Below are positions 19,158 to 28,634 of a DNA stretch of 64,000 bases, piece by piece (the stretch's first letter is position 1; each line of letters starts with the position of its first letter). The notes under the pieces were generated by a model. The model did no database searches. It was not told the DNA's origin and saw only the letters and a list, made by a program, of their open reading frames with translations. The stretch spans positions 50,854 through 114,853 of the forward strand of contig JAKSVG010000001.1 of the NCBI GenBank assembly GCA_024408105.1, written 5' to 3'. This stretch comes from Bacilli bacterium. GTDB lineage: Bacteria > Bacillota_I > Bacilli_A > RFN20 > CAG-826. The position numbers and the translations under genes are program-made.

Positions 19158-20262
19158 TATTTAACTCCTTTGGTAAATACATCTCAAAACATTTATCAGT
19201 TAATTCATTGGTAATATCTTTGTTGTGCGCCAATAAATATTTTTTATTATCAATTAACGTATCAATGAACCCTTGCTTGTAATTGGCAAGGCTTGAATTA
19301 ATTAGCCATCTAGAATCAAAACCTCTTGTAGGTTCTATTTTATCGCTCGTATAAACAACCATTCCTAATGGACTCATATTCTCGTTGCCTGTGCAATGAT
19401 ACTTGATTGCCTCTAACATTTCTTCATCTTCAATGCTAAATAATTCTTTGGCAAGGTATTCACCAATAAATTGGTGGTATGAAAACGAAGGAAAATTTAC
19501 ATATTCTGGATAATACTTTTTCATCAGCGAAACCATATTCTCATCTTCTTTATAATAAGTTTTGCCAACATCATGAAGTAATCCAGCAAAATAATATTTT
19601 TCTAAGTTAGACAATTTATTGACCTTTGCGATTCTAAGTGAGAGATTAGCAACTTGAATGCAATGTTCTAAACGATCTTTTGGTAAAATCTTTTCTAGTT
19701 TAGAAAAGAAATATAATTTATGTTTTTCAATATAGTCTAAAACTTTTTCAGGAATATCAATAGATTTCATCTCTCTAAAACTAGTCGAGCTTACATCTCC
19801 ACTCTCGAGAAAACTTAAATCAAGCATATGGTATGTCTTTATAACATTTTGATCTAGTTTTACGCTTGGTCGAGAAACAAATGTTATTTGAGCTAGATTA
19901 GCTATTTCCTCAGCGTTTTTCCATTCACTAAATCTATTGACCTGGTCTGCGCCAATTAATAAATACAATTTATCTTTTGGATATTTTTTCTTGAAATGAC
20001 GAACTGTATCAATTGTGTAGTTAATATCAGCATTACTCTTAATTTCAAAATCTGATATGGTAGTTCCACTCGGGCATTGCTTTATAGCCAATTTTAGCAT
20101 AGCTAATCGTTCTTTATATGTCGTTAATGGCGTTTTCCATCTAGGTGATCTAGCAGGAATGAAAATAACATCAGCATTCAACTTTAAAGAGGCAGCTGAC
20201 GCGATTCGCACATGTCCATTATGGATCGGGTCGAATGTTCCACCGAATAGGATATAATTCAT
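19144..20262 (-). CDS. nadD: Fusion protein: nicotinate-nucleotide adenylyltransferase NadD (N-terminal) plus HD-domain hydrolase YqeK (C-terminal).
   Basis: N-terminal GGTFDPIHNGH nucleotidyltransferase motif (about 190 aa). C-terminal HD domain (LEHCIQVANLS...LLHDVGK). These are separate adjacent genes in Bacillus. Confidence 0.85.
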   Translation of the reverse strand: MNYILFGGTFDPIHNGHVRIASAASLKLNADVIFIPARSPRWKTPLTTYKERLAMLKLAIKQCPSGTTISDFEIKSNADINYTIDTVRHFKKKYPKDKLYLLIGADQVNRFSEWKNAEEIANLAQITFVSRPSVKLDQNVIKTYHMLDLSFLESGDVSSTSFREMKSIDIPEKVLDYIEKHKLYFFSKLEKILPKDRLEHCIQVANLSLRIAKVNKLSNLEKYYFAGLLHDVGKTYYKEDENMVSLMKKYYPEYVNFPSFSYHQFIGEYLAKELFSIEDEEMLEAIKYHCTGNENMSPLGMVVYTSDKIEPTRGFDSRWLINSSLANYKQGFIDTLIDNKKYLLAHNKDITNELTDKCFEMYLPKELNNEKR

Positions 20263-20263
20263 T

Positions 20264-21424
20264 TTATTTTTTCTTCTTAATTAATATTTTTGAACGTGAA
20301 TGATACATTGAAACATTCTTAGGCACATAAACTCTAATGGTTTGTTTGTTTGCTTCAAATGAAACCCATCCAAGACCTAATATGCCAATATCACGTTGAT
20401 TTGATTCGGTGACCACCACATCATATACATCCAAATCTTTTACTGATTTAATATACGATAAAGCTGGCTTTAATGATTTCTTTGAAATCATCTTTACAAA
20501 TCTTTCATCAATTGGCAGTGATTCTTTGTTATGGTGTTTTTTAAATTTAATATGTTCGTGGAAATAGCAAGAGAACGTAGTTTTTTTGCCACTTACAAGT
20601 TCAATAATTGCCATTCCTCCAATAAGCATGCATTGTTTGCGATTCAATGTCACTACACGTGGTTTAACACTTTTTGTGATCCAGATTTCACGCATAGTAG
20701 CCTTATCAAGGTTAAATAGAATAGAGTTATCTAAGGATATACCAGGAGTATTATAAAGATTTGATTTTGTACTTAGAGGAATTTTCATAACACTCAAATC
20801 TGTGTTTTTGTATGGTTCAGTAACAATATTTCCTTTGGAAAGATTGTTAAATACTCTTAAAAATGATGAAAGTAATGTTGACTTACCAGAAAGCTGACTA
20901 CCAACAAGATAAACATCCTTGCCATTTTTTAATTCATAAATTCTGGTCATGATTTCACGAGCTGTTTCATCATCAAACGCATTCGCAACAATAACGTTTT
21001 CAGAATGAATAGTTAAACCGGCAGCTCTAAATCTATGAGCAACATACTCTTTGGTTAATTCTTTGCTTGTTTTTGCAGGGAGAAGGTCAAATTTGTTTCC
21101 AACAACAAGAATATTCATCCCTTCTAATATTTCATTAATTTGATGATTAAATGCTGCTTCAAAAGAAAATAAGTTAACAACATAAACTATTAAGGACCCT
21201 TTCTTCTTTGCGTCATTTAACAAAGTTAAAAAGTCAGGATCAAGCAATGGCTCGTTACTTCTTTCTTTGAAACGTTCGAGTTCAAAACATTTGTCACAAA
21301 ATAAGAAATTTTGTGTCGCGTTTTCTAAAACCTCTTTTTTAACATATCCTTCTTTTGAAGGGTGCTCACATTGAAGTATTGCGCCACAGTTGTAACATCT
21401 TCTTACTTTACTTATTTCCGCCAT
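20264..21424 (-). CDS. yqeH: Ribosome-biogenesis GTPase YqeH.
   Basis: N-terminal CxxC...CxxC zinc finger (CYNCGA...CDKCF) plus a circularly permuted GTPase (GNKFDLL, GSQLSGKST). Start moved to ATG 21424 (MAEISK), which has a GGAGG RBS. The ORF-track start upstream is unlikely. Confidence 0.82.
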   Translation of the reverse strand: MAEISKVRRCYNCGAILQCEHPSKEGYVKKEVLENATQNFLFCDKCFELERFKERSNEPLLDPDFLTLLNDAKKKGSLIVYVVNLFSFEAAFNHQINEILEGMNILVVGNKFDLLPAKTSKELTKEYVAHRFRAAGLTIHSENVIVANAFDDETAREIMTRIYELKNGKDVYLVGSQLSGKSTLLSSFLRVFNNLSKGNIVTEPYKNTDLSVMKIPLSTKSNLYNTPGISLDNSILFNLDKATMREIWITKSVKPRVVTLNRKQCMLIGGMAIIELVSGKKTTFSCYFHEHIKFKKHHNKESLPIDERFVKMISKKSLKPALSYIKSVKDLDVYDVVVTESNQRDIGILGLGWVSFEANKQTIRVYVPKNVSMYHSRSKILIKKKK

Positions 21425-21953
21425 ATAATTTCTCCTTCCAATCAATTATTAGGTTCTTTTTAAACAATTTCTTTTTTATAGGTCTTTCAAATATCCTATT
21501 AAATCTTGTTGTAGGTTGATCCTCTTTAACTAACTTTTCAACATATAACGATTTTATTTTAGCACGATTTGCAGCGGCAATATCAGTCATTAACTGATCT
21601 CCCACTAACATTACTTCGTTTTTACTGATATTTTTTGATTTAAGAAATTTATTAATTCCTCTAGCAAAAGGTTTTCCTATTGAACTTACATAAGGAACCT
21701 TTAACTCATCTGCATATATGCCAACACGCTTGCCTGTGTTATTTGAAAGGATATACATCTCAATACCATGATTATAAAGTTCTTCTTTAAGAAGAAAAAC
21801 TTGTTCGGATGGTTTCTTTGTTTTATATGAATCTAAAGTATTATCCAAATCAACAAGCAAAAATTTTACATTGTTTGCGACAAAAAATTCAACGTCAACA
21901 TCGAATATATTTTTAGCATGAACATAAGGAATGTAAGTTTTTAGCATATACAT
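21408..21953 (-). CDS. yqeG: HAD-IIIA family phosphatase YqeG.
   Basis: DxDxT motif (LLVDLDNTL). 181 aa. First gene of the yqeG-yqeH-nadD-rsfS cluster. Confidence 0.8.
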   Translation of the reverse strand: MYMLKTYIPYVHAKNIFDVDVEFFVANNVKFLLVDLDNTLDSYKTKKPSEQVFLLKEELYNHGIEMYILSNNTGKRVGIYADELKVPYVSSIGKPFARGINKFLKSKNISKNEVMLVGDQLMTDIAAANRAKIKSLYVEKLVKEDQPTTRFNRIFERPIKKKLFKKNLIIDWKEKLYGGNK

Positions 21954-22020
21954 ATTATAATGAAAAATTTACAAAAGAATATCTTTTGCAAAGAAAATAT
22001 ATAAATAACATATGCACGAA

Positions 22021-22046
22021 AAGAAAAATGTGGCAACTTTTGCCAC
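22021..22046 (-). terminator. Rho-independent terminator of parC (minus strand).
   Basis: Minus strand: gtggcaa-aag-ttgccac followed by atttttctttt. Confidence 0.7.
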
Positions 22047-22058
22047 AATTTTCATTAA

Positions 22059-24677
22059 TTAGAAATCATCATCATCTTCAAATATTGAGATTTGTGTATA
22101 GCCTTTTTCTTCTTCAACTTTTTCTTCGGTTTGATTAGTAGAATTTTCGTTGTCAGATTCAATGGCAATTGGCTCAGTTTTTATTTCCTTTGATTCAATG
22201 TCTTTCGAGATATAATCATCGCCTTCGATGAACGGTATTTGAAGTGATAATTTTTTAGGCATATCGATTGTCATTTTCGCATAACGATCTATCGGTGTAA
22301 CATGATAGTCATCAACAACAATATCAACCACTTCTTTTATGTTGTTTAACACTCTAATGAGTGTTTTTTCACAATTTGTATCAAGTTTTTTAACATAAAT
22401 TAATTCGTGTGGTTCATTCTTAAATGAGCGGAAAACGATAGATGTTTTTCCAAGTCTATTTGTTAGATTTGTATTTGTAATATCATAGATGCGAACACAC
22501 CCTTTATCAGTAAGCAAAATTACCTTGCCTTTTGTATTATCTGCATCATATGTTTTTATAGCTGAAATAGTTGCTTTTCCTAGGTGAGAAAATGCTTTTA
22601 CTCCACCTGATTTCATGCCAGCAGATGGCAGTCCATTTTCGTTAAACATAGAAGAATTGCCATCACTAGTAAATAAGACGATATTAGAATTTCCAGTTGA
22701 GAAAGCAACATCGCATATTTCATCATCTTGAAGCAATTTCATGCACATTAATGGTTTGGAATATCTAATTACAGAGAAATCGCTTAAACGTAAACGTTTA
22801 ATTTGGCCATATTTCGAAACAAGAATAAAGAATAAATCATCTCTAAACTTTTCGATAACGTAGGCGCGCACAATTTTTTCATTAGGATTTAAGGAAATAA
22901 GATAATTTATGTGCTTTCCTTCATCTTTCCATTTATTTTCATTAATTTCGTGAATTGGAATATATAAGAAGTTTCCAACATTAGTAAAACAGATTAAATA
23001 ATCTGTTGTCATAGCCTTTCCAGAATAAATGCAAGCATCGCCATCTTTCATACCTGGCAATGGATTTACTCCACTGCTTCTATATGATTTAATTGATGAA
23101 TATTTAATATATCCATCACGACTAACAGCAAGCATAATTTCTTCCTTTGAAATAAGGTCACGTTTATCAATACTTATAGAGCCTTCTTTTTCAATAATTT
23201 GAGTTTTTCTAGGCTTACCATACTTGCTCGCAATTGCTTTCAAATCGCTTACTAATAAACGATCTAATTTCTTTCTATCTTGAAGTATTCCGTTAAGTGT
23301 GTCGATCGTAGACTCAAGTTGCTTTTTCTCATTGACTAAAGTAGTTAAATCTGTGTTGGACAACTTATAAAGTTGTAACATAACAATTGCTTCGCTTTGT
23401 GGCTCGCTAAAATTAAATTTTTCTTGTATGTTTTTCTTAGCATCAGCCTTGTCTTTACTAGCACGAATTGTATCAACAACATCATCCAAAATTGAAACTG
23501 CTTTAATTAATCCATCAACGACTTCAAGACGTGATTTAGATTTCCTTAAATCATAGTTCGAACGTCTGGTAATAACATCAACTTGATGGTCAATAAATGC
23601 ATCAATAAAATCTAATAAATTTAATGTTTTTGGTCTTCCGTTAACTATTGCAACATTATTTGCTGAGTATGAGGTTCTTAGTCCAGTTTTATTCATTAAA
23701 TAATTATGAATAACTTCAACATTTGCTTCTTTCTTTAAGTCGATTGCAATGCGTAAACCATCTCTTCCTGATTCATCTCTAACTTCAGAAATTCCGGAGA
23801 CGACCTTATCATGAATTAATTTATCAATCTCGTAAACGAGATTTGTTATTGTTGATTTATAAGGAATTTCACTAACAATAATTTGTTTTTCGTTTTTGTT
23901 ATCTACAATTTCAGTTTTAGCAGCAATTTCAATTCTTCCACGCCCAGTCAAATATATATCTTCTAAACCTTTGCTTTTATAGATATATCCACCACTAGGA
24001 AAATCTGGGCCAGGAATAAATTGCATCAAATCAATAGGTTCGACACGAACATGGCCAATTCGATAAATAACTGCATCTATTACTTCGCAAAGATTGTGTG
24101 TTGGTATTTCAGTTGCTAAAGCAACTGCAATTCCCTCGGATCCGTTAACTAAAAGGTTTGGGAATCTAGCAGGCATAACGACTGGTTCAAAATCAGTGTC
24201 ATCAAATGTTAAGGCCATATCAACAGTTTCTTTATCTATATCTCTCACCATTTCTTCAGCTATTTGGCTGAGTCTGGCTTCGGTATAACGATATGCTGCT
24301 GCTGGGTCACCATTTATAGATCCATTGTTACCTTGAAAGTCAATTAATGGATTATTTAATTTCCAATCTTGTGACATTCTCACTAAAGCTTCGTAAATTG
24401 ATGAATCACCATGTGGATGATATTTCCCCATAACTTCGCCGACTGTGTGAGCAGATTTTCGTGTTGGTCGAGTGAAAATATTGCCAGTTTTATACATAGA
24501 GAAGATTATTCTTCTCTGAACAGGTTTTAAACCATCTCTCGCATCAGGTATTGCTCGATCTTGAATAACATATTTTGCATATGTCGCATAACGAGTCGCC
24601 ATTATTTCTTCGACTGTTTCATTATGAATGTTTTCTTGTATTTCAATTTCGACGGGTTCTATTTTTCTTTTTGCCAT
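22059..24677 (-). CDS. parC: DNA topoisomerase IV subunit A (ParC-type type IIA topoisomerase A subunit).
   Basis: AAAYRYTEARL active-site Tyr region. No GyrA-box QRRGGKG in the C-terminal domain. Located downstream of parE and next to plsY, as in B. subtilis yneS-parE-parC. Gyrase A cannot be fully excluded. Confidence 0.75.
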   Translation of the reverse strand: MAKRKIEPVEIEIQENIHNETVEEIMATRYATYAKYVIQDRAIPDARDGLKPVQRRIIFSMYKTGNIFTRPTRKSAHTVGEVMGKYHPHGDSSIYEALVRMSQDWKLNNPLIDFQGNNGSINGDPAAAYRYTEARLSQIAEEMVRDIDKETVDMALTFDDTDFEPVVMPARFPNLLVNGSEGIAVALATEIPTHNLCEVIDAVIYRIGHVRVEPIDLMQFIPGPDFPSGGYIYKSKGLEDIYLTGRGRIEIAAKTEIVDNKNEKQIIVSEIPYKSTITNLVYEIDKLIHDKVVSGISEVRDESGRDGLRIAIDLKKEANVEVIHNYLMNKTGLRTSYSANNVAIVNGRPKTLNLLDFIDAFIDHQVDVITRRSNYDLRKSKSRLEVVDGLIKAVSILDDVVDTIRASKDKADAKKNIQEKFNFSEPQSEAIVMLQLYKLSNTDLTTLVNEKKQLESTIDTLNGILQDRKKLDRLLVSDLKAIASKYGKPRKTQIIEKEGSISIDKRDLISKEEIMLAVSRDGYIKYSSIKSYRSSGVNPLPGMKDGDACIYSGKAMTTDYLICFTNVGNFLYIPIHEINENKWKDEGKHINYLISLNPNEKIVRAYVIEKFRDDLFFILVSKYGQIKRLRLSDFSVIRYSKPLMCMKLLQDDEICDVAFSTGNSNIVLFTSDGNSSMFNENGLPSAGMKSGGVKAFSHLGKATISAIKTYDADNTKGKVILLTDKGCVRIYDITNTNLTNRLGKTSIVFRSFKNEPHELIYVKKLDTNCEKTLIRVLNNIKEVVDIVVDDYHVTPIDRYAKMTIDMPKKLSLQIPFIEGDDYISKDIESKEIKTEPIAIESDNENSTNQTEEKVEEEKGYTQISIFEDDDDF

Positions 24678-24678
24678 A

Positions 24679-26619
24679 TTATTTTACCTCGTCAATGAAT
24701 GAGTCAACTTCGTTGAAGTTAACATTTTCTTCAACCCATTGTCTTCTTATAACTGTGTCATTTCCCATTAAAATCGATATTTCGCGAGCTGCAGAAACAG
24801 GGTCTTCAATAGTGACTTTGCACAATTGTCTTTGGGATGGATCCATTGTGGATTCCCATAATTGATTAGCGTCCATTTCGCCTAGACCTTTATAACGAGA
24901 AATTCTATATCCTGCGCCAATTTCTTTCTTTGCTTTTTCTAAATCAGCTTCATCCCATGCATATCTATAAACTAACTTATGATTCACTTCTTTAGAAACA
25001 CGATATAAAGGTGGCATTGCAACAAACAATTTTCCTTTTAAAATAAGTGGTTTCATATAGTTATAGAAAAATGTTAAAAGCAATGTTTGAATATGAGCAC
25101 CATCTGTATCAGCGTCTGTCATAATAATAACTTTTCCGTAATGTGAATTATCAGCTTTGAAGTCCTCACCAAAACCTGCTCCAATAGTATTAACAATTGT
25201 TGCAAATTCTTCATTTTTGAGCATTTTTTCCGTTGATACGGAATCCGTATTTAAAGGTTTACCACGAAGTGGTAGAATTGCTTGATGTAAATTGTTTCTT
25301 CCTTTTCTAGCGGTTCCTCCAGCAGACTCACCTTCAACAATAAAAAGTTCGTTTTTATCATAATCCTTTGATTGGCATGGAGTTAATTTATCAGACAAAA
25401 TCATTTCAGATTTTGCACGTTTCGTATTTCTTATCTCATCCTTTGCTTTTCTTGCAGCAACACGAGCATTTTGCGCATCAATGCATTTTTTAATTAAGTT
25501 TACAGCAAACTCTTTATTTTCGTTAAGATAATAACTAAAGTTATTATACACAAAGTTACTTACAATAGTTAGTGCCTCAGGCGTTCCAAGTTTTTGCTTT
25601 GTTTGTCCTTCATATTCTAACTTTTGTTCAGGGATCTTTAATGATATAACTGCGGTTAAACCTTCTCTTATATCAGTGCCCTCTAATTTAATTTTGCCTT
25701 TTAAAAGTTGGTTCTCTTCAGCATAATCATTTACTGCTTTCGTGATTCCTGATCTAAATCCGCTTTCGTGAGTACCACCATCTTTTGTTCTTACATTATT
25801 GGCATACGAATAAATATATTCGCCATAATCTCTTGAACAATATTGCATAGCAATATCTATCTTGATCGTGTCTTCTTCGCCAGAAAATGTTAACACTTCC
25901 CCGAGTTGCGATTTTTCTTTGCAAAGATTGGAAACGTATTCTTTAATGCCTTCTTTATAGCAAAACTCAACTTTTTCTCCATTTCTTTCATCAGTAAGAG
26001 CAAAAGTTACGCCTTTTAACAAAAATGCACTTTCTTGAATATGATTGGAAATAATCTCAAATTGAAAATTGGTTGTAGAAAATATTTTTGAATCAGGTTT
26101 GAACCTTACTAAAGTGCCGTGCTTCTTGGTACTACCAAGAACCTCTAGAGGTATAGCAAGTTTACCACCATTTTCAAAACGAAGATGATGGATACTGCCT
26201 GACTTAAAAACAGTAATGTCGCAATACTCACTAAGTGCGTTTGTAACACTTGATCCAACACCATGAAGACCAGCTGAAGAAGCATATACTTTAGATGAGA
26301 ATTTTCCACCACTATGCAGTGTGGAAAAAATTAATTGAACAGCTGGCATACCAGTTTGTTTATGAATATCGACCGGAATACCTCTGCCTTCATCTAAAAC
26401 GGAAACGGAACCATCTTTATGAATAGTTATGGTGATTTTATCACCATATCCGTTTAAAGCTTCGTCAACAGCGTTGTCTATAATTTCCCAAACAAGATGA
26501 TGTAAACCGGTCGAATTTGTTGAACCGATATACATTGCAGGACGTTTTCTAACGCCCGCTAATCCTTCGAGAATTTCGATGTCAGCCGCTGAATAATTAT
26601 TACTTTTCTCTAGTGCCAT
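24679..26619 (-). CDS. parE: DNA topoisomerase IV subunit B (ParE-type GHKL ATPase).
   Basis: GyrB/ParE N-terminus (EGLAGVRKRPAMYIGST) plus TOPRIM (EGDSAGG). The ORF-track start at 26637 is TTG; ATG 26619 (MALEKSNNY...) matches the family N-terminus. Confidence 0.75.
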   Translation of the reverse strand: MALEKSNNYSAADIEILEGLAGVRKRPAMYIGSTNSTGLHHLVWEIIDNAVDEALNGYGDKITITIHKDGSVSVLDEGRGIPVDIHKQTGMPAVQLIFSTLHSGGKFSSKVYASSAGLHGVGSSVTNALSEYCDITVFKSGSIHHLRFENGGKLAIPLEVLGSTKKHGTLVRFKPDSKIFSTTNFQFEIISNHIQESAFLLKGVTFALTDERNGEKVEFCYKEGIKEYVSNLCKEKSQLGEVLTFSGEEDTIKIDIAMQYCSRDYGEYIYSYANNVRTKDGGTHESGFRSGITKAVNDYAEENQLLKGKIKLEGTDIREGLTAVISLKIPEQKLEYEGQTKQKLGTPEALTIVSNFVYNNFSYYLNENKEFAVNLIKKCIDAQNARVAARKAKDEIRNTKRAKSEMILSDKLTPCQSKDYDKNELFIVEGESAGGTARKGRNNLHQAILPLRGKPLNTDSVSTEKMLKNEEFATIVNTIGAGFGEDFKADNSHYGKVIIMTDADTDGAHIQTLLLTFFYNYMKPLILKGKLFVAMPPLYRVSKEVNHKLVYRYAWDEADLEKAKKEIGAGYRISRYKGLGEMDANQLWESTMDPSQRQLCKVTIEDPVSAAREISILMGNDTVIRRQWVEENVNFNEVDSFIDEVK

Positions 26620-26715
26620 ATATGTAAAACTCTTCAATTTGTGAAATTGATTATACCAAGAAAAAAGTTGAAAAGTAATCTACTTTTTTAGTATCATTGT
26701 TGAGGTTGTGAGGTT

Positions 26716-27453
26716 TTGAACATGGATATTATTTTATATAATATAGTAACAGCATTTTGCTCATTATTTTTTGGATATATTTTTGGAAGTATACCAACTG
26801 GAGTTATGGTTGGGAAGTTAATATATCATCGTGATCCCCGCCAAGAAGGTTCTAAAAATTCAGGTGGAACTAATGTTGGTCGGCTTTTTGGAAAAAAAGC
26901 CGGTGTGCTTGTAATTATATTAGATATGCTTAAATGTGTATTACCAACAATTTCTGCATGGGCAATTATAAGCTTTTCAGGATTAAGTGAAGCATTAGCT
27001 TCAGATACCTGGAGTCAATTCCATATTTTATACATTTATTTAACACCATTAGGCGTAGCTTTAGGACATTGCTGGCCATTATTCGGCGGGTTTAAGGGCG
27101 GAAAAGCAGTTGCGACATTCTGTGGATTCGCTGCTTGCTCATGTTGGGCAATATTGATTTTGGGTGTTATTACATTCTTCACAACATTAAAAGCAAAAAA
27201 ATATGTCTCACTGGCATCAATAATCACAAGTCTAGTCGCTAGTATTTTGGCATGGATTTTGTTTGTTCTAAAAATCACTGTTTTTCCAAGCCAAATTGAT
27301 ATCGTTATGTGGGGTGCTGGATCCTTCCTAGTTTGTGGGTGGGAATTCGCATCTGTATTAACGCTAATTTCTTTAATGCTAATAATTCGCCATAGAGCAA
27401 ATATCGTCCGTTTGGTTAGACACGAAGAAAGAAAGATAAAATGGATGAAGTAA
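26716..27453 (+). CDS. plsY: Glycerol-3-phosphate acyltransferase PlsY.
   Basis: SKNSGGTNVGR (PlsY GxGNxGATN-like motif), multi-TM, C-terminal HRANIVRLV. Lies divergent to parE as in Bacillus. 245 aa, somewhat long for the family. Confidence 0.8.
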   Translation: MNMDIILYNIVTAFCSLFFGYIFGSIPTGVMVGKLIYHRDPRQEGSKNSGGTNVGRLFGKKAGVLVIILDMLKCVLPTISAWAIISFSGLSEALASDTWSQFHILYIYLTPLGVALGHCWPLFGGFKGGKAVATFCGFAACSCWAILILGVITFFTTLKAKKYVSLASIITSLVASILAWILFVLKITVFPSQIDIVMWGAGSFLVCGWEFASVLTLISLMLIIRHRANIVRLVRHEERKIKWMK

Positions 27454-27518
27454 TAGTATGTCGTTAGTAGTTTTTTAGTAGTTTTATTTATTGTGTGAAA
27501 TTCCTAGATAATTTGAAG

Positions 27519-27554
27519 ACTCCCAAAATTGTTTCGATGAATTGGGAGTTTTTA
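27519..27554 (+). terminator. Rho-independent terminator of plsY.
   Basis: actcccaa ... ttgggagt hairpin followed by ttttt. Confidence 0.7.
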
Positions 27555-27768
27555 ATTGACGTTTTTTTACAGAGAGTTCGTATCTTATGAAAAAGTTACT
27601 TCTTCCACTACTATGATTTTTTTAGCTTGCAACAGAGGCCTATTTTAGCCTCGTAATATATGTCTATGAACAATTCCCTACCCTATTATTATTTGCGTGA
27701 TTCTAGCGCCTTTTCTGTAATAATTTTATTTTTGATTTTTGGCTTATATTTTTCGCAAAAATTCCCAC

Positions 27769-27793
27769 AAAAAAAGCGCCGAATTTTCGACGC
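27769..27793 (-). terminator. Terminator of the efp-yneF operon (minus strand). T-runs on both sides make it bidirectional-looking.
   Basis: gcgccgaa-tttt-cgacgc hairpin (7 bp with one G-U), flanked by A7 upstream and T7 downstream. Confidence 0.6.
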
Positions 27794-27811
27794 ATTTTTT
27801 TGCATGTTTTT

Positions 27812-28033
27812 TTATTGATTTCGCTTCATTGAATTCATGACAGCTTTGATTTGTGCTTCAGATGGTTTGCGACCCATTTGCATAAACATTGCTCTTATCA
27901 TGTTTTCGTTTATTGGTGGATTTTTTTGGAGTTGTCTTTTGAGAAACCATCTCGTGACAATAAATCCGATTATCAATCCTCCAACCAAACAGCCGATTAG
28001 GGCAGCGACAAATACTCCTACTTCAATATTCAT
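27812..28033 (-). CDS. UPF0154/YneF-family small membrane protein.
   Basis: 73 aa with a single TM helix. KNPPINENMIRAMFMQMGRKPSEAQIKAV matches the conserved YneF core (KNPPINE.M...MQMGQKPS). AGGTGA RBS. Confidence 0.8.
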   Translation of the reverse strand: MNIEVGVFVAALIGCLVGGLIIGFIVTRWFLKRQLQKNPPINENMIRAMFMQMGRKPSEAQIKAVMNSMKRNQ

Positions 28034-28041
28034 ATAATCAC

Positions 28042-28599
28042 CTATGCACGGCCGTCATATATGCCTGTATCTGTGCGAACAAGTATAGTTTCACCGTTTT
28101 CAATGAATAATGGAACTTTAACTTGGAATCCTGTTTCTACAGTAGCTAATTTCATTGCTTTATTGACTGTATCTCCACGAACTCCTGGCTCACAATCAGT
28201 AATCTTGAGTGCTACACTTGTAGGAAGTGTGATACCTAAGATTTCCTCTTCAAAGAAGAGAATGTCAATTTCTGCATTTGATACAAGGAAATTTTGTTCC
28301 CACTCAAGTCTTGATTTTGCAATCTCAATTTGTTCATATGTTGTGTTGTCCATAAAGACAAGAGTTTCACCAGCATCATATAAATAAGCCATTTTCTTTT
28401 TATCTAATACGGCTTTTTCAACATCATATCCACTATTTCTAGCAAGTTCTGTGATTGCGCCTGTGCGCATATTCTTAGCTTTAACTTTTGCAACCATTTT
28501 TCTCATGGCTGTTTTATTAAGAAGAATATCCATAACTTGATAAAGATTGCCTTCATCAATGAAATAGTTTCCTGGTCTTAATTCAGTAACGTTCATCAT
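28042..28599 (-). CDS. efp: Elongation factor P.
   Basis: 185 aa with three OB/KOW domains and a conserved N-terminus (ELRPGNYF..., VKAKNMRTGA). Confidence 0.9.
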   Translation of the reverse strand: MMNVTELRPGNYFIDEGNLYQVMDILLNKTAMRKMVAKVKAKNMRTGAITELARNSGYDVEKAVLDKKKMAYLYDAGETLVFMDNTTYEQIEIAKSRLEWEQNFLVSNAEIDILFFEEEILGITLPTSVALKITDCEPGVRGDTVNKAMKLATVETGFQVKVPLFIENGETILVRTDTGIYDGRA

Positions 28600-28634
28600 T
28601 AAATCCTCCTAATGTAAAAATATTATACTTATTT

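Noticed and set aside
22059-26619. Alternative reading of the type II topoisomerase pair as gyrB-gyrA.
   Set aside because: There is no GyrA-box (QRRGGKG) in the A-subunit C-terminal domain. The pair is adjacent to plsY (yneS) exactly as parE-parC in B. subtilis. It is not next to dnaA/dnaN/recF. A residual chance of gyrase remains, and this is reflected in the confidence.
27584-27613. A 9-codon mini-ORF (MKKLLLPLL) with an upstream GAGAG in the plsY-yneF spacer.
   Set aside because: Too short, with no conserved features. It is more likely incidental within a structured non-coding spacer.
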